NCBI RefSeq assembly: GCF_038025025.1
Contig: NW_027117340.1
Location: forward strand, 1,364,001 to 1,428,000
DNA from: Phyllosticta citribraziliensis
Taxonomy: Eukaryota
Direction: 5' to 3'
Length of the DNA: 64,000 bases
Shown here: positions 1 through 12,684 of the stretch, in pieces
Numbering within the stretch: the first letter of the stretch is position 1
How the letters are laid out: every line of letters begins with the position of its first letter
The notes under the pieces: model-generated
What the model was told of the DNA's origin: nothing
Seen by the model: only the letters and a program-made list of their open reading frames with translations
Database searches by the model: none
Translations under genes and position numbers: made by a program

Positions 1-675
1 TCGCACCGGGCGCTGTACGACGCGCTGCGCAAGCACCAGCACGGCGCCGTCGTCGTCTTCACCTCGTCGACAGCCGTATACGGCCCGCCCGAGACGGCCG
101 GGCCCTCTCGCGTCTTCACCGAGGCCACGCTGCCGCAGCCGCAGGGCAGCTACGGCACGCAAAAGTTCATGACCGAGTGCTTGCTCAACGACTACTCGCG
201 CCGCGGCCTGCTCGACGCCCGCTGCGTGCGCCTGCCCACCGTTGTCGTGCGGCCCGGCGCGCCCACCGCCGCTGCCAGCAGCTTCGCCTCGGGCATTGTC
301 CGTGAGCCCATGCAGGGCCAGCGCAGCGTGCTGCCCGTCAACAAGGACCTGGTGATGTGGGTGTGCTCGCCACGCACCGTCGTGCGCAACCTGCTGGCTG
401 TCAAGGACGTCGCGAGCGAGCGGTTTGGGCTTAGTCGCGTGGTCAACTTGCCCGGGCTGTCGGTGACGGTGGCTGAGATCTTGGACGCGCTCGAGGCGGT
501 TGGCGGCAAGGAGAAGAGGGCACTGGTCGATGAGCAGAGAGACGAAGCGGTCGAGAAGCTGGTACTAAGTTGGCCCGAAAGGCTGGATACCAAGAGGGCG
601 CTGGACCTGGGTCTCAGCCCGGATGTCCCGCTTCAGGAGACAGTTCAGGCGTTTGCTGATAGCCTGAAGCAGTAG
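1..675 (+). CDS. NAD-dependent epimerase/dehydratase (extended SDR, D-erythronate dehydrogenase-like); 5' end lies outside the window
   Basis: Frame is open from base 1 to TAG at 675. Contains VFTSSTAVYG, catalytic YxxxK (YGTQK) and RLPTVVVRPGAPTAAASSFASGIVREP. Strong GC3 codon bias. Confidence 0.85.
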   Translation, partial: SHRALYDALRKHQHGAVVVFTSSTAVYGPPETAGPSRVFTEATLPQPQGSYGTQKFMTECLLNDYSRRGLLDARCVRLPTVVVRPGAPTAAASSFASGIVREPMQGQRSVLPVNKDLVMWVCSPRTVVRNLLAVKDVASERFGLSRVVNLPGLSVTVAEILDALEAVGGKEKRALVDEQRDEAVEKLVLSWPERLDTKRALDLGLSPDVPLQETVQAFADSLKQ

Positions 676-1183
676 CGTGTTGCTTTTTGGCTGCTGTGAG
701 TAGTGATCTGATAGTAGCGTCATCTAGTCATAAGGCAACTTACATCAACAACTTTGGCCTTGGTGACACGTGCTTGCCGCTCATCTTATCCCTGCGGAAA
801 TAAGTAGCCAGGCGTGTCGTGCGTCAAACTGTTGGGAATGACAAAAGCCGTTCAAGCGTTTAGCCAGGGTGAACATACTTTGCTTTTGAAAAAAGCGCAT
901 CGCCAAAGCGCGAGATCGGTCATCCAATGCGAGCTTGTTATGAACCACGTTCATTCAGTATCGAAAACTACAGGCCGTGATCTGTAGGATGCCAAAGACC
1001 AAAAGGAGAAAGCAGCCGTCGGGCGACTTACGGCAGACAAGGAGAAGCAGCCCACGCGATTGGCCATGCAAGATATCATGTTCTAACCAATCAGCCACGC
1101 AAACCCATGACCAAAATGCAACGTCAACCAAGCCGTTCAATCATTCCAACAAAAACCAAAGCACACACAGACCTGCGTCCCCC

Positions 1184-2637
1184 TTACGAGTTGCACCCGT
1201 CCCCAAACTTGCGCTGCGAGAGGGGCTGAGGGAAGATACCCGCCTCAGCCAACTTGTACAAGTCCCACTCGGGGGCGCTCTCGGTCTTGAGCGTCCAAAA
1301 GATCCAGCCGTTGGTGAGCTCGAACTGGTCGAGCTGCGTCTCGATGTAGCGGCGCGTGTCGTCCCTGAGGCTCTGGTCCCACTTGGAAATGTCGTCGTAG
1401 GGCGAGCAGTCGCCAATTTTCTTCGAGTTGGGGAATGTGCCGTCGTAGCGCGCGCCTTTGCCAACGCCTGTGCAGAATGTTTTAGTCAAGTTGGAATGCA
1501 TGTGGCGGAAAGATGGCAACGTCAAGAAAGGGGAGGCTGCAAAATTGGCATACCGTTCAGCCAGTACGCGCAGTCCGTCATGGCTGCTGTCCACTCGCCC
1601 ACGATGGTCCACTTGTCCGATCCCAGCCAGCGGTAGTTGCGCTTGCACACCTGATTGCGGTGCTCCTTGCGCGAGAAGGAGACCACATCGTTTTCAAACA
1701 CCTGGTACTCGTGATGGTCGAGAACGACGTTTTGCGTGTTGTTGTCCCAAGGCGTCAGCCAGCCATTGAACGAGCTGGGATTCTGGAACGCGTCGTGCAG
1801 GACCACCGTCGTGTCCGATACCCCGCGGTAGATATTGAGTGCGTCGCGCTCGAACTGCTTGATCCTATTCAAGTCCAGTGTGTAGCCTGCTGGCTCGTTG
1901 AGCACTTCGATGCCCATGATGACGTCTTGATACTTGGGCTGCGCGTATTGGTTTGCGATCTCGCTAATGACCTGGAGCGTCTGGCCAACGGTGTCGCCCT
2001 GGAGCCATCCAGGGTTGTCAAGTCGCTGGCCCGAGTTGTCGTAGCCGTTTTGAGAACCCGGGGCACCGTGGAGGTCGAGGAGAACTTTGAGACCAGTTGC
2101 GCGTGCCCAATCGATGGCGACATCGAGATATTCTTTCGACCCCTCGGCGTAGGGGGTTCCGAAGCTTTCAAAGGCCCAAAAGCCAATGGGAATGCGAACC
2201 GTATTGAATCCCATGGCCCTAATTTTGAGAAAATCGGCAAAGGTAATCCATGACTTCCAGTGCGGCTCGAGCACCTGTCTGGCCTTCTCTTTTCCTAGCA
2301 CCTTTCCCAAAGTGTACTCATCCACAACTCCTTGCGAGACATATGGTTTGAAAAGAGAGGGCTTGATGAAGCTGGCATAGGAGTCAGCATGACCAAAATT
2401 TTGCATGATATACCTGTTGGGCCAACAGCGTAAATGGTGCTTACGGTTCTGCCACGAGCCATCCGCCCAAACTGACTCCCTTGACGTCTTCCGAGCCCCA
2501 ATTGAAAGAGACCCTTCTCTTGTCACTGCGCACGTCATTAGCGGCCTTGTATCGGGGATCTTGAGGAATTCCACCCACAGAACGGCGCCGAATGCGCTGA
2601 CCGCAAACAAGGCGGCAGAAAGGTATTTCGCCAACAT
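1184..2637 (-). CDS. Secreted GH5 exo-1,3-beta-glucanase (Exg1-like), spliced (about 3 introns)
   Basis: Signal-peptide-like N-terminus MLAKYLSAALFAVSAFG. Motifs GVSLGGWLVAEP, NTVRIPIGFW, DLHGAPGSQNGYDNSG, acid/base NEP, nucleophile IVGEW and GWIFWTLK. GT-AG introns join the ORF pieces. Confidence 0.93.
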
Positions 2638-4408
2638 CAATGTACCTGGACCAAAAGATTGTTTTATTCCAAACGAAAGGGACTGTGTGGACTTTGGTGG
2701 ATCGTTCGAATGCTCTTTTCAGAGGGATCAAGGCCCAAATCCGAGTTGGTGAAACAGAAGGGAGGGAGAGGATAGGAGGTTATAGAAGGGGGTAGAGACG
2801 GGGAGCGCAGGGAAAAAAGGGAGCCAGAGTCACAAGGTACCCTACGACAGGTGGGGAGGCAGGTCGACAATGTGCGACGAGTGGCGGGCAAAGATGAAGG
2901 ACCTGGACGAAGAAGAGAGACAGATGGTGGCGGAATGCGGGCGGTTGAGCAAGCAACCACGACGGCATCCCTTTTCAGCAACCACGTTTTTTGGGGCCGG
3001 CCCGCATAGCGAGGAAGTAGAGGTGCAGTCCATGTCGGTCAGGCCGCCCAACGGAGCTGCCCTGGACTTGTTTGGTGCTGTTGGTTTGCGGTGCAGCCAT
3101 CCAGGCGGGCAAGAGGCAGCGTGCCTGTCCCTGGTCGTCACCACTCAGTCACCTCCGTCAGTCGCCCGCCCACGCAGCGCTCCCGCTCGTGCGCCCCCGC
3201 TTCTCCTGCCCATCATCTGTGCATTGGGGCGGTGGGTTGTTTCGAGCATGTGGATGCTCCCTGCAGCATGCGGTGCAGACAGAGGAGCTGCCCATGTGCT
3301 GGCAGGCGATGATGAAGAATGGCGGTAGCGCTAGAGGGAGATGGTTGGCAGTTGGCGAGTAGTGGCACAGCACATGCGCGCGCTCGCACAGCCGCAAGGG
3401 ACCTTGTTCCCTGCAGACCGCATCCAAGTGGCTGCGCACGCTCGCCCCATTCATCCATTGTGCACGGCAGACTGCAGGACATAAAACGTGCCTGGATGCA
3501 GCAGTAGAAAGAACACCATCGTCATTATGCCGCTGCAAGGGCACTTTGGCCTTCAACAGATGGTGTTCTCTCGTTGGCACAACACAGCTGCGGCCTCCCG
3601 TTGACAGCTGTCATGTCCTGTCTGTGGCGCTCGCTCAGACGCATCACACCAAGGTCGGCAGATGATGATGGACGCGGCGCTGACGTCGAGTGTTGATGGA
3701 GAAGGCCATCCTTGTGTTTCTAGACCCGACCCGCTTCCCCTCTTCCCCACCATAGCCAAAAATGTCACTGTCTCGGAGTCACGAAAGCTCCACATGTCAC
3801 GACTTGTTGCTGAGCGCTTGACAAACACAGTTCCTGCTCATCCTCACCGGTCCAAGCCATTGACGACAAGGTGCGTCGAAATGTTTGCATTATTATGCTT
3901 GGAAAATCTCTTAGCTACCTCAGCAAAGTCGAATCTTTCGCGCCCGGCTGTGTCAAAGAGCAAGCTTAAACCAGCTCGACCGACCATTTTTGGCAGGGCG
4001 GGCCGCAGAGAGGGGGCATCATCCATGAACTCCAGACAGGGCAGTCCTTTTCAACGCTGAATCGTTTCCGACAAGCAAAGCCCAAAGCCAAGGCGGGATC
4101 GCCCCGCGGCAGCTTCTCCTCCCGCTGCAATGTTGCAAGCCATTGGTCCTTATTCAGACCTACCGGCAGTTCCATGAAGCAGCCGAATGGCTTAGGTTAA
4201 TGAAGAATTCGAATCTCGTCGCAAAAATTTCCCTCTTTCCAGCATGCTTGTCGCTATTTCACACAGCAATTGAATGCGCTCGGGGTTAATTGTTGTCCTC
4301 CGCTCCGAGGGGATGGCCATTGGTGAGCAACGTAAATGTTGTTTAGCTTGGCAAGGGGAGCTTCACAGCATACTTTTTCGAAAACGCAACGGACGTGATG
4401 CTCTCTGC

Positions 4409-7400
4409 TCACAAGACCTGGACATTACACTGTTAGTAAATTGTCATCATGCTCCGGAATCATGTCCTCACCTCTGCAATAGACTGCTTCTCAATGATGC
4501 TCTTTTGCTTCTCGTTACGTGATACGCGGTAGTAGTAGTCGCAAAAGTCGCCGCAATTCATGTAGCGGAGGAACTCTTCGTCGTGCGTGATGACAATCAG
4601 CTGAAAGTTGCTCTGCTGCCGGCGCACTCTGATGATTTCGGACAGAGATTCTGCAAGGGCTCGAATGTTGTCGCGATCCAGATTTGTTGTAGGCTCGTCC
4701 AGAGCAATCAAACCACAGTTGACGCCAAAGCATTCGGCCAATGCAAGACGGATGATGATACTCGCCAGCACCTTCTGACCGGCACTACAGCGGCCTCGCA
4801 TGTCCATCTCGGCATCTTGCTTCATCATAACGACTCTGTAGTTGTAGCTGCGGCTCTTGGTCGTTTCAGACTCGGATTTGATCATGATGCTGTCCACGTC
4901 CGTTCCCTGGTATGTCTTCTTCCAGAGTTCCTCAATGATGCGGTTGATTTCTTCGAGTTTGATGCTGTGGAACTTGACAATAGCCTTATCCAGAGCCGAC
5001 TGGTACGTATTGAGGTCCTCTCTTGCGGCCTTGGTTGTTTCGTGCTTGACGTGCGCCTCCTTGTATTTGGCTGCCGCATCTTTGTAGTCCGTCTCCCAGT
5101 CTGCAATGAGCTGTTGGAGCTGATCGTCTTTGGTCTTCAGGATGCCCATGACATTGGCTTCTTCGGCACTGAGCCTGTTTCGCTCATGCTGCCACTTGCT
5201 GGCTTCGCGCAAACAACGATCTTTGTCAACCTCTGCATTGTGGGCCTCTAGCTCCGAAACCTCTGCTCGAACACTTTCGAGCTGTCGCATTGCGTTTCGG
5301 TAGCGAATGTTTTCATTAATCGCCCGCTTCGTCTCTTGGTGATTTCGCAGCTGATCCTCGATCTTTTTGATGTCCTGTACCAACCGTCGTTGTTCGCTCT
5401 CCAGACGTTGACATTCCTCTTGAAGACCCTCGAGCTCCGCCTGGGCTCGCGCAACTTGGTTGGCCCCTCCCCTGGCAATATAAGCGTCAATCGTCTTGCT
5501 GGCCAGAGCCAATTCGTTTACGCTGTTGTGGAGCTTGTTGTATTGCTCCTGGAGGTCCTTTTCTTTTTCGGCGCCGCGAGCAGCGACATCATCATACTTG
5601 GCTTGAGCCTGTTCTAGCTGAGGTGCGAGGCTTTGGATTTCTTGATCGGTCTTGCGCATCGAGTCTTTGTGCCCAGCATTCTGATTCCTGACGTCTTGAA
5701 TCTGGGCCTGCAGACTGCTTTTCTCCTTGAGCTGATACTCCGCTGTGCTGAGCTTTGATTTGTAATCTCTGAGTTCCAATTCAAGATGACTCAGGAGCTC
5801 ACGAAGTCTATCTTTCTCAGAGGTCTGCTCTGCCAAAGTTGAGCGAAGAGCCCGGGTAGATTCGCTGTTTTGACGGAGGTCGTCCCGGATGATTTCAAGT
5901 CCCCTCAAGGTTCCCGTCTGAGTCTGTTTGGCCTCGAGATCCTTGATTTGTTCCTCGTAGCTGCACATTTCCGAATAACTTTTGACAATCTTCTGGACCG
6001 TCTTGGACATGGATTCAACGTCTTTCTTGAGCTCCAATTGATCGTCCAACGTCATATCCTGCTCCTCGACATTCGCCGTGAGACTTTCAATACGTGCTTC
6101 GAGCGTTCGGCATGATGTTTCCAACTCTGGCACCTCCGTCTTCCTCAGGCGAAGCCAAGTGTCGTATACAGACTGGAGGCCCCGGAACCTCTGGAGCTCC
6201 TCCTTGGCTTCCTGTAGCTCAGCCTCAATCGCGCCCTTGGCAGTCTCTTTCAACTTTTGGTCCAACTTTTGCCTGAAGCGAGTGACACCAGGATCTTGTC
6301 GTTCGTATCTGCGATCGCACAACAGACACTTGTTTTGCTTGTTCAGGGCATTAAGACACGAGGTGTAGTAGTCTTTCATTGCCTCAAAGTTGCTCAGGTC
6401 TGTCTGGAGCAGGGTGACGGCTGACTCAATTTCCTGGAGCTCAGTGGGGAAATCCTCTATCGGTTTGTTGTCCATTGCATCGGCGATGCGGTCCTCAGCT
6501 TCCTTGATGGAGGCTTTCTTCTTCTTCAGGTCAGCTTTCATCGCTGTCATGTTCTGTTTGACCCCGTCGAGCTCGCGGTTCGAGCCATTGCGCTGGTTCT
6601 CTGCTTCTTGGACTTGCGCGGATCTTTGATTCAAAACGGCTTGGAACTCAGCCTCCAAGGTCCGAGGCTCCCATGCTCGACCCAGAACGTTGGACAAGCG
6701 GTCACCATGAGCTCCAGTCAAGGTCTCGAGGCTTCTTTGTCTGTCCTTGAGTTCTTTGCGAATGAAATCGATCTGCGCCGAGTCCCTAGCTCGACGCATA
6801 GCGTCCGCAGTCTCAGCTTCCAGATTATCCCTCTGCTCTTCTCGTTCTCGAATTTGGCTGTTCAAATCCTTGATTTTGTCGTCCAGTCGACTGGTGGCGC
6901 TTTGTTCTCGTTCCTTCTTGAGCCGCCTCTCAGTGTCCTCGATTGCAGATTCCAAGGTAGCTTTACGGCCCTCGTCGATGTCGATTCCATCGAGTTCTGC
7001 TTCTAGCCCTGATAATCTCTGCTCGTTGCGCTGTGTTTGCGATTTTAGGCTGTCCTTGCTTTGGTTCAGGGCAGACTTGCGCTCATTCAATCGGCCGATT
7101 GCGCCTTGGGCTTTCTGAAGATCATCCTGCGTTTGTCCCTTAGCCCGTTCCAAAGTCGTCTGTTGGTCTCTCGCCATTCGCTGGATTCTTTCCATGAATT
7201 CGCGCGAATGGTCATCGGTGATTTCAAGATCGAATCCCCGGATGTTGTGACGACGAGCGGTTGCCTTGATCAAATTCTCCCTGCTTTGAATATCGCGGTG
7301 GTGCTGATCCTTCTCTGCCACGTATTTGCCGTGCTCAGTCTGCTTGGATCCTACGGCTTTACGAGTGCTCTCGAGCTCTTCGACTACGTCGTGATACTTG

Positions 7401-8634
7401 GACATTTGACGCTCCTTGTCGTCCTGGTACAGAGCCACTCTTTCTTCGAAGCGGTCCAAGCTAGCCTGCAGCTCTGCGTCTGTTTCGACCATTTCCTGAA
7501 TGTTTTGACGTAGGTCTTGAACACTGTCTTCAAGGGTCCTGGCCTGAATTCGCTTTCCTCCTAGCCTGGATACGATGCTCTCAAACGATGCGGAGCGGTT
7601 GGAAGCCTCGGTTGTCTTCTCGGCCGCCTCGTCTCTCTTGGCAGCGAGCTGCTCAACTTGCGCTCGCATTCCTTCAATCTCATTGTAGAGCTCTTGGGAC
7701 CGCTTCTCTATGCGCGCACCTTTTTCCTTGTCTTCCTTTGCGTGCTCTTCCAAGATTTTGAGTTTTCCCAGCTCTTCCCTCTTATTCTTGATGAGGACTT
7801 TGATGTTGTCAATCGCCTTGGTCCATTTGAGGGCATCAAAGATCTCATCAAAGCGTTTCTTGAGGGCTCCTGGCTCGCTCATTGGCCACAGGCTTTCATC
7901 TTGGTGGCAGAAGACGACGTATTCGAGGATGGCCTTGGATATTCCAAGATACTGCGGCAAGATTTGGTTGAGCTCGGCCACACGGGAAGAAATTGCTGTG
8001 CGTTCGCCGTCCTTGATCATGAGCAACTGGCCCTCGAGCGCTTTGACGCTTCTGGTGATGTTTTTGCCGCTTTTTTTGGTGGAGAGTTGGAGACTCCGAG
8101 TTGCGACCATTTTAGCGCCGGACGTGGCTTTGAACGAAATCTTGACCTGTGCGAGTACATCTTTCTCGCCGCAGAGCTGGAAGTGTCAGTGAAGTCTTGA
8201 GCATGGAGAGAAGGTACTTACATTGGGGTCGTGGATGAACGACTTGCCGTGGTTAGAGCCGGTTGGTAGTTCTCCGATGGTGGCATATTTCAGGCACTCA
8301 ATGATGGTCTGCGAAAATTAGGGAGTGCCGAAAGGGAGGAAAGCAAGGTGGCAACCGTTTTTCCAGAGCCGTTGAAGCCGACAATGAGGGTGAGCGGGCT
8401 GTAGAACTGGATAGTCTCGCTGACGCGGTTGTCAAAGGAGCGGACGCTGGTGGGGGTCAGACATGATGTTGGGGGTAAGCGTAAAGGCAAAGCTCACCCG
8501 AGGATGGAAAGCTTGTCAATGTGGGCTGCAGGCCAGGGTCAGTTTGGAGGGGTTATTGTCGGAGCGAGACGCGCAGCACTTACACCTGGGACGAGTCAGC
8601 TGGGGGCAAAATGACGACGACTGCAGACTTACAT
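4409..8634 (-). CDS. RAD50: DNA double-strand break repair protein Rad50 (MRN/MRX complex)
   Basis: Spliced N-terminus [16 protein letters not shown], Walker A GFNGSGKT, long coiled coil with CLLC zinc hook, signature RGRCSAGQK, Walker [19 protein letters not shown]. Terminal intron 4418-4471 gives ...SIAEVL*. Confidence 0.97.
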
Positions 8635-8770
8635 TGTGACAAGACACTCGGTCTGCGCGGACGCAGGTGCCGCAGGGTGAGGAGAGAGAGCCGAGGGAAG
8701 ATGGTGGTCGAGAGAGTAGGAGTGAGATGGAGAGGAAGACGTAGGTATCCATCGACGGGTGCCTGTGGAC

Positions 8771-8818
8771 ACGCGACCGCGAGACGCGCGGTCACATGAG
8801 AGAGAGTCACATGACGCG
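8771..8818. promoter_or_regulatory. Three MCB-like ACGCG elements plus a direct repeat GTCACATGA x2 upstream of RAD50
   Basis: ACGCG at 8771, 8784 and 8814; GTCACATGA at 8791-8799 and 8806-8814. Lies 140-185 bp upstream of the RAD50 start. Confidence 0.5.
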
Positions 8819-9717
8819 GGTCCAAGGTTTATCCATTCCACTCGGCCAGGCGCCGCCCGGCGGGCGGGACGGTGGGTGCCGGTGGGTGGGACGCCTCACC
8901 TCCAGGTCAGAGAGGGCAGCGGAGGTCGAGGTCGAGGTCCCGAGGCTTCCATTTCTTCCTTGACCAAAGGTCGTGGCACATGGAGGCAGAAAATGATGGA
9001 CTTGTTCAACTCTCGACGCTATCGCATCTACTGGACACTAGGAGAACCAAGGGTGCAGGGAGTGCAGCCCCTCGACTCCGGACCCGTCGGCGCCATTGAC
9101 AGAATCGACATCCTTTGACAGCGCTTCCCGGGCCGACAGCCCTGGGTGGCCAAGCTAAAAGTCGGGCGCAATTCGCATGGGATTCTGGCTTTTGTGCATC
9201 CGCAAAGCCACACACCCACCTCGCGAGTCACCCACCCACAGGACAGCCCAGGCAGGCACAGCTCTCCAGACCCGACTCCAGGCCCCGACCCGCCGCCCGC
9301 CCGCCCTCGCAAGGTCAAGGTCAAGGTCCATCAAAACTCAGACACACTGGAGCCAGCCCGCTCGCTGTCGTGTCGGGCTCCAACAACGGCTCAGCTCTAC
9401 TAAGGAAGACTGCTGCTGCCCTTGTCGCCGTGACCTTAGGTGGTGACAGTAGTAGCACCCGCTTCCACGTCTCTGCTCTCTCACCTACCTACTTCTCCCC
9501 ACTAACCCACCTACACCACCTACCCCAGCGTGCATCCATCTGCCTCGCTCCACCTCACCTACCTCTTGCCCATCTACCGTACATCCATCCTACCCTCCCT
9601 CGCCGTTGGAGTTGCGCGCCCGACCACACGTCGCACTACCGTTTCTTCACCATCGCTTCCGTTCTCCCCCGAACGCCAGAACTTGCATGAAGCCCCCAGC
9701 CTCGACTCGCCCCCACC

Positions 9718-11304
9718 ATGTACCAAAATGGCGGAGCCGCCGGTGATGTACTGCGCACCCTCGTCGACACGACAAGGTCTTCTCTCCGCTGACACGATGC
9801 GCGCAAGATGGCAGGTGCACCGCCCAGCATGGCTGGCATGTCCTTTGCCATGGACCACGCCGGCCTCATGGACGGCCTCGACGTCACCATGTTGCCCGCC
9901 ATGGACGTTGACCTGTCCGTCCCCACGACCGAACCGGACTCTCAGTCGTACAACAGCACCCCGATCGCCGCCCAGCCGCCTGCCCATCTACCGCCTGGCC
10001 AGGCCACCCCGGCCGACTCCAACGACGCTCTCGCCATTTCCTCCAACGTCACCTCCAACTTCCCCATGACGGGCATTGGCGCTGGCCCTCTGCCCACGGG
10101 CTTTGGCATGACCAACCAGAACCCCACCGGCAGCACCCTCACCGAGTTCACAAAGCGCAGAAATTGGTCGCAGCGCATCATCGAGGAGCTGCGCGACTTT
10201 TTGCACATCCTCACCCCCGACGGCCGCATCGTCTACGTTTCGCCCTCGTGCAAGACCCTGACGGGCTGGGACCCTCAGCAGCTCATCAACCGCGTCGTCA
10301 CCGAGTTCATCCACCAAGACGACAGCTCAATCTTCATCCGCGAGTTCAACGAGTCAATTGCTTCGCAGAATCCCCTGCGCTTCTTCTATCGCTTCCGCAA
10401 GTCCGATGGCTCCTACACCATCTTCGAGTCTCACGGTCACGGCCACTTTGACCCTGCTGCGCCCAGCTTTGTCCCTGGCAACGCCTTTCCCTTTTGTCGA
10501 GGGTTTTTCATGATGTCTCGGCCATACCCCATCAAAAACACTTGCCTGCTAGATTCTTTCTTGGAACACAAGATTGAAAACGAGCGCTTGACAAAACGAA
10601 TAGCAGAGCTCAAGCGGGAGGAGCAAGCAGACCAAGATCCGACCGAAAGACAATGGGCCAAGAAACTCGATGGGCAAAGCAGTGTGACGCCGTCCGACAC
10701 GCAAGCCACGCGCACGGGAGCTGGCACAGACACGCCAACATCATACAACGGCATGCCACCACCCGCAAAACCTGGCATATCCAACAATGCACTCACCCGT
10801 CAAAATCTGGATGAAGCGCTAGCAACCTTCAAGCCGGACAGCATCAACGACAAGATGGCGAGATACGAAGGCGCAACTCACATTGACACGATCGAGATGT
10901 TGACGGGTCTACGCTACCGCGACGGGGAGCGCTCTCAAGGAATCAGCACAGGCGATGCAAGTCCACATTTGATCAGGGGAGATGCAGGCATTGCCATTCT
11001 GGTGGACAAGGATAACCGAGGTAGTTCTGACAAGAAGAAGAAGCTCAAAGTCGCAGACGAGTACGTTTGCACCGACTGTGGAACCCTGGACTCGCCCGAG
11101 TGGAGGAAGGGTCCTAACGGGCCGAAGACTCTGTGCAACGCCTGCGGACGTAAGTCCTTCTCCCCGACTACATACCGTGAGACCATGCTAACCTATCGTG
11201 CAGTTCGGTGGGCGAAGAAGGAGAAGAAGCGTCAAAGCTTGACGGGAGCAGGAGGCCAACATCCGCCCTCAATCCAGGTCCAAAACAGCAACGGCAGCGG
11301 ATAG
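9718..11304 (+). CDS. wc-2: White collar-2 / LreB-type PAS + GATA zinc-finger transcription factor
   Basis: [20 protein letters not shown] followed by a PAS domain, [15 protein letters not shown] coiled coil and a C-X2-C-X18-C-X2-C finger (CTDC...CNAC). Intron 11150-11203 restores CNACGLRWAK. Probable start CACCATG at 9718 with a short first intron; alternative start 9808. Confidence 0.93.
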
Positions 11305-12684
11305 ATCTTTCCGAAAGACGGCAAAAAGCAATATCCAGATGGCAACGAATAACCGTAACCGCAACACCACAACTCCTTCATCTCCAAACGGAGACGACCT
11401 CATACTCCCATGCCGAGACTTCTCGATGCGCCGCAGCGCTGGCAGCGAGCGTGTCCCTCGTCGTCAGTGTCTAGCCAGCGCGGAGGAAGAGTCTCGGCAT
11501 CGGCGGAGGTACATACATGACGAGACAAGACACACATGAACACACATGGGGAGATGGTTGCAGGGAACGGAGACGGACTGAAAATACGACCGAGGCAGGA
11601 AATGGGCCAGAAAGGTAGAGGCTCAGGGAAGAAGGTGGAGGTGCGGCGGCGACGAGCATGTTGAGGGAGGCTGAGAGCAGAACGGGAGATTGACACCTTC
11701 TCCGCCTGCGTCTCTAGCTTCTTTCGGCTAGGTGTGCGAGACGCAAGAGCAGAAATACCCGACACAGGGAGCCTGGTGTGTTAATGGTGGGCGGGTGACG
11801 GTGACGATGCACCCCCCACAAAAAAGTTACGATTCCCTTTTCTTACCTTCGCTTCTTCTCCACAAAGCAACGATTCACACGAAGATAACATGTATATCCA
11901 AGATTTTATGAAGATCAACACCACCAGTACAAATGGGAGGACACCTACCTACAACTCAACCCATCCCAACGCACAAACGCTACACTTACTTGTAATGGAA
12001 AATCAAGTTTCAATCACTATCACATGGAAGCAAGCGAATGGAAGTCTCAGAGCAGACGTCGAAGGAAACAACGGTTACTAGCCTTTTGGCTTCACTTGGG
12101 GAACTGTCGTTGACTACGGCTGCAGCGAAAGAGCTGATACTGTACCTCGGCTACAAGGTACACCCAGCGTGCTACCATTTCTCCTGTCTGACACATTACA
12201 GCGGTCTCGAGATAGAAGTAGAGGAATTCTTTTAGTTGAAATTTTCTCTCAACTAAGTTTTTGGTGTTTCTTTGGACATGTGCGCTTCCTAGAAATTCTA
12301 GAAATTCTATCGGACCAGCCTGCTGAGCATGTATACGTCTTACTCAGTCTGTCATTGCGGTTGAATCTGCTCTGTCCCCTTGGCCCTCGTTCGTCTCAGA
12401 CTCGTTCTTGTCCTCGCCTCTGTTTTGGGCACGCAGACGAACGAGGACTTTTCTTCTCATCGGCGCCTGGTCTGCTTTTCTGGTCGAATGAGGTTACCCG
12501 TTCCGGTTGCGGTTGCTTGTCGTGGCGTTTGGTCCGTTGCATTTTCTGGATACACGGTGTAGAGGCAGACAGAATCCGTAGACAGAAGTGGAGAAATCGC
12601 GAAACCAGACGTGAGAACCGAGTGAGCGTCTGGAGCTGTCATGCCTCGATTCTCCGCGCCCTCCCATCCAGTCCACCATCCACA

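Noticed and set aside
1..675. Possible horizontal transfer of the DenD-like gene because of very high GC3
   Set aside because: Equally high GC3 occurs in clearly fungal genes here (MFS 3' half, DUF7053-like, wc-2), and the family occurs in fungi.
4583..8200. Several plus-strand ORFs of 120-220 aa
   Set aside because: All are antisense to RAD50 and have no recognisable motifs.
12285..12310. CTAGAAATT tandem repeat resembling a heat-shock element
   Set aside because: Spacing does not give three proper nGAAn units, and it lies between two 3' ends.
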